Source: Alkalispirochaeta sp. (GTDB lineage: Bacteria > Spirochaetota > Spirochaetia > DSM-27196 > Alkalispirochaetaceae). From it: DNA of 64,000 nucleotides. Below the pieces are notes generated by a model, which did no database searches, was not told where the DNA came from, and saw only the letters and a list, made by a program, of their open reading frames with translations. Of the stretch, positions 58,038 to 64,000 are shown piece after piece. Numbering within the stretch: position 1 is the stretch's first letter; each line of letters starts with the position of its first letter. A program made the position numbers and the translations under genes. The stretch is from assembly GCA_965601925.1 (NCBI GenBank), contig OZ271854.1, positions 2,432,001 through 2,496,000 of the forward strand, in the 5' to 3' direction.

Positions 58038-58170
58038 CCTATGGAGCGCTTTCGTGTAACCGCGTCGTCGAGCATCGGGACGCCCGTCACGGCATATCGA
58101 GGGGACGCGGCTCCAACGGCACGGGCGTTCAGCATTGTAGCTCGCAGGTGCGACGACAGGAGGAAGCGCG

Positions 58171-59607
58171 GTGTCGGATACGAACATCCGTGGGGTTCGG
58201 ACATCTGAGAGTCTGTCTCGTCTTATCGTGGTCGACGACGACGAGTGGATTCGCGACTATTTGGTACAGCTTCTGAGCGATGAAGGTTACCAGGTCGATA
58301 GCTGCAGCAGCGGCGAGGAGGGTATCGAGCGCATTCGTCGCTTCGAGTACGACCTCGTACTAACGGATGTAAAGATGGACAAGATCGACGGGATTGCGTT
58401 GCTCGAGATGGCAAAGCAAACCGAAGATCCTCCCGAGGTACTCGTGGTGTCGGGCTTTGCCGCGATAGAAGACGCGGTGAGGGCCATCAAAAAGGGCGCA
58501 TGCGATTACTTAGTCAAGCCTCTCGATGGGGACCGTGTGATAAACGCCGTCCGTCTGGCCACCGAACGGCGCAGCCTCAAGCGCGAAAATCGACGGCTTC
58601 GCATGCGGATGCACAACTCATACGGCGATGATCGGCTGGTCGTGGTAAGCCCGGCGATGCAAAAGACGATGGTGATCGTCGATGCTGTCAGCAACGCCGA
58701 TACGGCGGTCCTCATCGAGGGCGATAGCGGTACCGGAAAAGAGATCATCGCCAAATCGATACACCGGCGCAGCGCTCGCGCCAACGGTCCGTTTATCCCG
58801 ATCAATTGCGGGGCACTGCCCGAATCGTTACTCGAGAGTGAGCTATTCGGCTACGACAAGGGAGCGTTTACCGGCGCGACACAAGCCAAAGTCGGGCTCT
58901 TTGAGGCGGCTCACGGAGGCACGATATTACTCGACGAAATCGGCGAGCTGCCGCTCAATTTACAAGCGTCGCTCCTACGTGTGCTCCAGGAGAGTGAGAT
59001 ACGGAGGATCGGCGGAACGAAGAATCTCGATATCGACGTGCGAATCATCGCCTCGACGAACAGAAATCTCAGTCGGATGGTACGAGACGGAAGTTTCCGA
59101 GAGGACCTCTATTATCGTTTGAGAGTCGTTCCGATTCGTGTCCCCCCTCTTCGAGAGCGGCCCGAGGATATCATTCCCCTCACCATGTACTTCCTCGACC
59201 ATTACGGCCGCCTGCTGGGTAAGGAGTTCACGGGGCTCGACGAGGAGGTCGTGCGATTTCTCGGGCAAAGGGAGTGGCGCGGTAACGTCCGGGAGCTCGA
59301 GAATCTTATCCACGCCGCAGTAACGCTCTATCCGCCCGGTAATCTCACCCTGGGGCAGATTATCGCCATCGTCGAGATGAATCGGGATACCCACGCGCCG
59401 GCTACCCCCCAAGCTGCCCCCGAGGACGAGGATCAGGAGGCGACCACACTCCTCAGAGATCGCGACGATGCGGAACGCAAATCAATCGTCGACGCTTTGG
59501 AGCGGTGCCGCGGTCACCAAGGCCATGCGGCCGAACTGTTGGGAATTAGTCGTACTTCGTTGTGGCGAAAAATGAAAAAATACCGCATAAACGTTCTTAC
59601 CCATTGA
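58171..59607 (+). CDS. sigma54-dependent NtrC-family response regulator (REC-AAA+-Fis HTH)
   Basis: LTDVKM, GDSGTGKE, ESELFG, intact GAFTGA, LDEIGE, FREDLYYRL and AAELLGISRTSLWRKMK. Confidence 0.95.
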   Translation: MSDTNIRGVRTSESLSRLIVVDDDEWIRDYLVQLLSDEGYQVDSCSSGEEGIERIRRFEYDLVLTDVKMDKIDGIALLEMAKQTEDPPEVLVVSGFAAIEDAVRAIKKGACDYLVKPLDGDRVINAVRLATERRSLKRENRRLRMRMHNSYGDDRLVVVSPAMQKTMVIVDAVSNADTAVLIEGDSGTGKEIIAKSIHRRSARANGPFIPINCGALPESLLESELFGYDKGAFTGATQAKVGLFEAAHGGTILLDEIGELPLNLQASLLRVLQESEIRRIGGTKNLDIDVRIIASTNRNLSRMVRDGSFREDLYYRLRVVPIRVPPLRERPEDIIPLTMYFLDHYGRLLGKEFTGLDEEVVRFLGQREWRGNVRELENLIHAAVTLYPPGNLTLGQIIAIVEMNRDTHAPATPQAAPEDEDQEATTLLRDRDDAERKSIVDALERCRGHQGHAAELLGISRTSLWRKMKKYRINVLTH

Positions 59608-59689
59608 TAATGCGTCGATTCCCGCCGATCATCGTTGTATATTAACGGTACCAGTACAGTACTTTGTATATACAAGGGGGATAACGCAC

Positions 59690-61486
59690 TTGAGGCGTTA
59701 TTGGGCGATCGAGGACTCGTGGATCGCCAAAGTATATCCAACGGCGTCAACGCCGCAAAAGCAGCGAGTCTTCGCATTCTCGATGCTTCTCGTCGTCGGA
59801 ATCGTTGCGTTGGTCGGCTATCTGGTCGTCAATGTGTTCGTCGGCGATTACTACTTCGCCGCTGAAAATGCAATTATCATAGTTCTGTCAGTTGTTGCGC
59901 TTTTCCTTCTGAGACGCGGACGGTATACCGAGGCCCTGTACGTCGCGGTCTTCTTCGGCGGCGTCGTCGTCGAGCTGTTTATCGTCTTTGCGGGTGCGTT
60001 CTCGTGGAGTCAGACCATGGCGTTCGGTGGGGAGACGCTCCCGCTTACCGCTACCATGTATCTGCTCATCATCGGCATACTCTCCACGGAACGAAGAATG
60101 GTGTATCTCTCGATCGGCGCATTCACTCTGATCGTCACCGCCGGTACGGCGTTCATCGACGAGTCGACGACCCATCTGGCAATCTTCTCGGCGACCAACG
60201 CATTTCTTTTTCTGCTCATCGTGTCCACGGTGACATTTCTTCTTTTTCACCTGCAGCAGCATCTCGTGACGTCGATACGAGAGAAAGAGGTGCTTACCGA
60301 GCGTCTGGAGACCGAAAAGCTTGCGGCGGAGCGGGCCAACGGAGCAAAGTCGATATTCCTGGCGAAGATGAGCCACGATTTGCGGACGCCCATTAGCAAC
60401 GTTCTCGGAATCAGCGAGTTGCTGTTACGGACTACGGACGACGGCGAAACGCGGAGATTCGTGAAGAGCATTCAGCATTCCGGCAAAACACTCCTACGAC
60501 TCGTCGAAGACATTCTGGATCTCTCGAAGGTAGAGGCCGAAGAGGTGTTGTTCGTTCGAGAAGAGTTCAATCTTTCGACCGTCATAAAAACCGTCGTGCG
60601 TTCGGTAACCACGGCAATCAGGGAGAAGGGTCTATCTCTCGAAGCGCATATCGATATCGACGACGCCCTACGTGTCGCGGGGGACCCCGCCCGACTGGAG
60701 CAAACCATTACCAATGTTCTGGTGAACGCCGTGAAGTACACCGATTCCGGAGTTATCGCGGTGCGCGCTTCGATCGACACGCGCAGCGATCCATATCACT
60801 GCACGATCACGATCGCCGACACGGGCATAGGAATCCCGCCGGAGTTACTCGACTCGATCTTCGAACCGTTCTCTCAGGGCGCACCCGAGTACTACGGCGC
60901 CCGACGCGGGGTCGGTCTCGGTCTGTCAATTGTGAAGCACGTTTTGAATCATATGGGTGGAGACGTCGCCGTCCACAGTGAGGTCGGCGCGGGTACGACC
61001 GTGACGATGCGTTTTCCGATGGATGCTGCCGACGGTCTCGTCGAGCCCGACCCCGCCGATGAAATCGAGGAAGGTATCACGCGATCCACACAGGCGTACC
61101 GTGTTCTGATTGCCGACGACGATCCGGTGAATCGCGAGCTGATCATCCACACGCTCCAGCATCTCGGCCATTCGGTGACTGCGTGCGAAAACGGTTCCGA
61201 AGCGGTCGAACAGTTCGAAACAGACGCGTTTGATATGGTTATTCTCGATATTCACATGCCGGTATTAGACGGTATTGATGCAACGGCGAGCCTACGATCG
61301 CTGGAGAACTTTCGGCAGAACCCGGTTCCGATCCTCGGCTTGACGGCATCCGCGATGCCGCAGGAGATCGAATGTTTCCTCGCGGCGGGAATGGACAGAG
61401 TGTTGACTAAGCCGTTCACGATAGACGAGTTGTCCCAAGCGATCGCCGCGTTTGCGATTCACGATACTCGCGCATTCGATACCTAA
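59690..61486 (+). CDS. membrane-bound hybrid sensor histidine kinase (TM-HisKA-HATPase-REC)
   Basis: About six TM helices; FLAKMSHDLRTP, NAVKYT, DTGIGI, GLGLSI and ILDIHMP. Confidence 0.92.
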   Translation: MRRYWAIEDSWIAKVYPTASTPQKQRVFAFSMLLVVGIVALVGYLVVNVFVGDYYFAAENAIIIVLSVVALFLLRRGRYTEALYVAVFFGGVVVELFIVFAGAFSWSQTMAFGGETLPLTATMYLLIIGILSTERRMVYLSIGAFTLIVTAGTAFIDESTTHLAIFSATNAFLFLLIVSTVTFLLFHLQQHLVTSIREKEVLTERLETEKLAAERANGAKSIFLAKMSHDLRTPISNVLGISELLLRTTDDGETRRFVKSIQHSGKTLLRLVEDILDLSKVEAEEVLFVREEFNLSTVIKTVVRSVTTAIREKGLSLEAHIDIDDALRVAGDPARLEQTITNVLVNAVKYTDSGVIAVRASIDTRSDPYHCTITIADTGIGIPPELLDSIFEPFSQGAPEYYGARRGVGLGLSIVKHVLNHMGGDVAVHSEVGAGTTVTMRFPMDAADGLVEPDPADEIEEGITRSTQAYRVLIADDDPVNRELIIHTLQHLGHSVTACENGSEAVEQFETDAFDMVILDIHMPVLDGIDATASLRSLENFRQNPVPILGLTASAMPQEIECFLAAGMDRVLTKPFTIDELSQAIAAFAIHDTRAFDT

Positions 61487-61506
61487 TCTCCGCTTTGGCG
61501 TTCTAA

Positions 61507-61608
61507 CCGGCGGGGAGACTCGAAGGTACTCCCTACGGTCGCACCCTGTGCGGGGTCCTCGGGCTTTGCCCTGCGGTCCTCGCTCGGCTCCGTTCGAGTC
61601 TCCCGGCC
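61507..61608. repeat. tRNA-derived repeat element with terminal inverted repeats
   Basis: CCGGCGGGGAGACTCGAA (61507-61524) is identical to 61673-61690 of the tRNA; an inverted copy TTCGAGTCTCCC lies at 61593-61604. Confidence 0.75.
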
Positions 61609-61670
61609 TATGGTTTGAAGAAGTGACGTTATCCTGAGGGAAGAGCCTGATATCGTACGAAATGCGCTCA

Positions 61671-61754
61671 TGCCGGCGGGGAGACTCGAACTCCCACACC
61701 CGTGAAGGCGGCAGATTTTGAGTCTGCTGCGTCTACCAATTCCGCCACGCCGGC
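61671..61754 (-). tRNA. tRNA-Leu (anticodon CAA)
   Basis: GCCGGCG acceptor stem, TGGCGGAATTGGTAGACGC D-arm, GCAGA-CT-CAA-AA-TCTGC, long variable arm, GTTCGAGTC T-loop; CCA not encoded. Confidence 0.97.
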
Positions 61755-61814
61755 TCGTACGTCGGTGCACGATACTATCGCATCCCTCGGCGCGCATCAA
61801 GCGGGGACGATTCG

Positions 61815-62222
61815 TTAGCGCCACACGGCGAATATCGCGCCCCCCGCGGCGTGAACAAGCACCATATAGGAGACAAACAACCACGTTAACCCGTGCTTGC
61901 GCTCCTCAAACGTTCCGGTGGTAAGTAGCCCGGTCGCGCCGAAGGCGAACCACAAGAGCGCACCCCACGCCATACCGCTCCACCACGTGTACACACGCAA
62001 TAGGGAGATTACGACGGCCAGCACCACCGCGCTCACGAACGCACCGGCCATCGGTATCGCGTACATTATCGCGTTACCGCCCTCGATCTCTTCCGCTTTT
62101 TTTTCCACGAGGGACAGCCAGAACGTACCGAACAAGGGTCCGTACCAGAGAAAGCCGACGAACATATTGAGAGCGGTCACCGCCAACACCGCCCACCAGT
62201 TGATTAGTTGAAACTGTCCCAT
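61815..62222 (-). CDS. DUF1761-like membrane protein
   Basis: INWWAVL......VGFLWYGPLFG..W; four TM helices. Confidence 0.8.
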   Translation of the reverse strand: MGQFQLINWWAVLAVTALNMFVGFLWYGPLFGTFWLSLVEKKAEEIEGGNAIMYAIPMAGAFVSAVVLAVVISLLRVYTWWSGMAWGALLWFAFGATGLLTTGTFEERKHGLTWLFVSYMVLVHAAGGAIFAVWR

Positions 62223-62233
62223 ACTATCGCCCC

Positions 62234-62551
62234 CTATTCGCGATGTATCGCGTTATGAGACATGACACGTTCCATAACATATTGCACGAGGCCCATGTCG
62301 AGATCCATCGCATATTGATCGACGACATCGCGGACTGTGCTCCAGTCGTTCTCATCGAGCGGATCCGCTGCATCGTCATACTGTAACCACACCAAATCGA
62401 GAAGATCGCCGAGGGTCTGACGTCGTTCATCGGGAGCCGCACGCGACTGAATACCGTGCATGAACAGATCGGACGTGAACCCCGGGGGAAGGTGAGATGC
62501 ACTGTTCCGAAACAACTGTTCCAACTCCGAGAAGTAGCGATCGGAATCCAA
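62234..62551 (-). CDS. small acidic hypothetical protein
   Basis: Helical acidic ORF (…LGDLLDLVWLQYD…DW..VRDVVDQYAMDLDM…) co-oriented with the DUF1761 gene. Start uncertain (TTG 62551). Confidence 0.6.
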   Translation of the reverse strand: MDSDRYFSELEQLFRNSASHLPPGFTSDLFMHGIQSRAAPDERRQTLGDLLDLVWLQYDDAADPLDENDWSTVRDVVDQYAMDLDMGLVQYVMERVMSHNAIHRE

Positions 62552-62650
62552 CGCCGTCTTTTTTCGCAAACGAACTTCCTGAGCGATGAAGCGCTGGGAA
62601 TGAAACATATTGTAAGTGTAGCGCGTTGACCAAACGATGTGAATGGCCCT

Positions 62651-64000
62651 ATGTTTCTCGCACAGATGGTCGGTTCCCCAGTTGATTGCGAGACGTCGCA
62701 CCGCTTGAGAGGTGGTGCCCTTTTTTTGTTGCTCGGCGTCTTGCTGAGTTCATGTAGCTCCACACCGGATACGACGGAGACGTTGGATCCACCCCGTTTA
62801 GGTATCCTTCACTACGATACTGCGTTTGAGCTCGCCGACGGAGAGGCACCCGTGGAGGCGGCTTCAATATACATCGACTCTGCTCGCTTACTGGTGGCCG
62901 CCGGTCGCGTGCAGGCGGCGACGGAGGTGCTCCGATACGCCGAGTATGTGATCGAACAGGTAGCCTCCAATGCCGCAGGTCGCGCGATCCTGCGCGTCGA
63001 CCTCGTCTCGGTCTGGCATCTTCTCGGCGCCCTCGATGAGACTCAAACACCTGCAGTCGAGGAGCGCACCATGCGCGTAGTCGACGAGTTGGGTGATCTA
63101 CCGGAGGTTGAGCTGAGAGCCGCCGCCGCGTTGACGTTGTTGGAGGCGCAGCTCGACAATCCGAATGCCGGTGAGGAGTCGATACGACGCACTCTGGATA
63201 TCGTCTATCTAATCGACGACGATGCGACGCGAACATCCGTGTTAGTGGATGCCGCCGAGCGTATCGAACGACGAGGTGGACGCGGCGGGCTCAATCCGGT
63301 GGTTCAACAGGCGATTGCAGCCGTACCTGCCTTGGACGACGCGCTCCTTGCCGCCAATCTGAACGCCCGTCTTGCGCGACTCAGCCGTGCCCTCGGACGC
63401 GATAGCGATGTGGAGCGGCTCCTCCAGCGTACTATTCAGCGCGCCGAGGCGGGATTTGTCGTCGAACAGGCGGAACTCACGCGTGTGTTCCGTATTATCG
63501 ATATCGTGTCCGAAGAGCGTACGCTTCAGGAGGCGCGTATCGTCCTCGCGAATATATCGCCTCAACGCGCCCGTGCCGATTCTACCGCGTGGCTCGCATG
63601 GCAGTTGGCCCGCCGAGGAGATACGACGACCTCGAACGCGTTGTTCGACGAGGCCTTCGAGCTTGCCGCGCTCATACGCGACGAGGAGGCGCGCGCGGCG
63701 ACCGAAGCGCGAGCGATCATGATGCGCACCGCGGTGGCGCAACCGCCCGATCCGGGGCCCGAGATCGCGCGTCTTTTGGCCGGTGTGAGTCCGGCTACCT
63801 TCTCCCCCGACGCGCGCGAAATCGTCATCGTCGACTTAGCCGCCGCCTACGCTATGGCCGGTCAAACGGGTTCGGTCGATCGATTACGCGGTTTTATCGC
63901 CTCAAACGAAGAGTTTCTCCGGATATTCGTGGGCGTTGCCGAGATTCTCAACGACAGGGATCGACCGAATGCGGCGATGGATATCCTCGGTTCCGTCCAA
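62651..64000 (+). CDS. putative lipoprotein, alpha-helical repeat-like (partial, runs off window end)
   Basis: Manual translation: ...GALFLLLGVLLSSC-SSTPDTTE lipobox, then Ala/Leu/Glu/Arg-rich helices with no stop seen. Absent from the ORF track. Confidence 0.7.
   Translation, partial: MFLAQMVGSPVDCETSHRLRGGALFLLLGVLLSSCSSTPDTTETLDPPRLGILHYDTAFELADGEAPVEAASIYIDSARLLVAAGRVQAATEVLRYAEYVIEQVASNAAGRAILRVDLVSVWHLLGALDETQTPAVEERTMRVVDELGDLPEVELRAAAALTLLEAQLDNPNAGEESIRRTLDIVYLIDDDATRTSVLVDAAERIERRGGRGGLNPVVQQAIAAVPALDDALLAANLNARLARLSRALGRDSDVERLLQRTIQRAEAGFVVEQAELTRVFRIIDIVSEERTLQEARIVLANISPQRARADSTAWLAWQLARRGDTTTSNALFDEAFELAALIRDEEARAATEARAIMMRTAVAQPPDPGPEIARLLAGVSPATFSPDAREIVIVDLAAAYAMAGQTGSVDRLRGFIASNEEFLRIFVGVAEILNDRDRPNAAMDILGSVQ

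Noticed and set aside
61507..61608. second tRNA gene
   Set aside because: Only T-arm and acceptor fragments in inverted orientation; no D-arm or anticodon arm cloverleaf.
43933..61754. att-bounded genomic island containing the Che locus
   Set aside because: No tRNA-end repeat was found at the left side (43.9-44.1 kb) and there is no integrase; the observed repeat pair encloses only ~150 bp.

Overview
GC-rich bacterial chromosomal window, most likely from a free-living spirochaete. This is inferred from solute-binding proteins with Cys-less 'FAGGxxE'-type N-termini, a CheX, and a lipobox-bearing helical lipoprotein. No CRISPR array, rRNA, integrase or transposase was seen. Left to right: (1) start of fabF with a TetR regulator, its operator and a hairpin/G-tract repeat array; srkA, GNAT, serine hydrolase, AraC/RidA/MarR/XRE-MmyB small modules (1-9 kb). 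(2) yliI, a secreted lipase, a sulfatase and a translationally coupled three-gene operon: unknown membrane-associated protein, StlD/DarB-type ketosynthase, atypical flavin monooxygenase (9-17 kb). (3) A GntR-controlled sugar-catabolic operon: ABC importer, atypical ADP-ribosylglycohydrolase, GH13, RpiB, beta-hydroxyacid dehydrogenase (18.5-27 kb). (4) UDP-GlcA decarboxylase, FAAH-like amidase, YkuI-like EAL protein, acyl-CoA ligase, peptide/glutathione ABC and osmoprotectant ABC systems (27-44 kb). (5) A ~17.5-kb signalling locus ending at tRNA-Leu(CAA). It has a sigma54 promoter with two enhancer palindromes driving a chemosensory operon whose CheA carries two Hpt domains and an MshEN-like (c-di-GMP-binding) tandem motif. 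The locus also encodes its own NtrC-type activator, a His-less kinase, a divergent REC-GGDEF*-EAL protein and a complementary ATPase-degenerate pseudokinase. The best candidates for undescribed systems are locus (5), the DarB-FMO operon and the ARH/GH13 catabolic operon. All functional calls come from motif recognition by eye; no database search was run.
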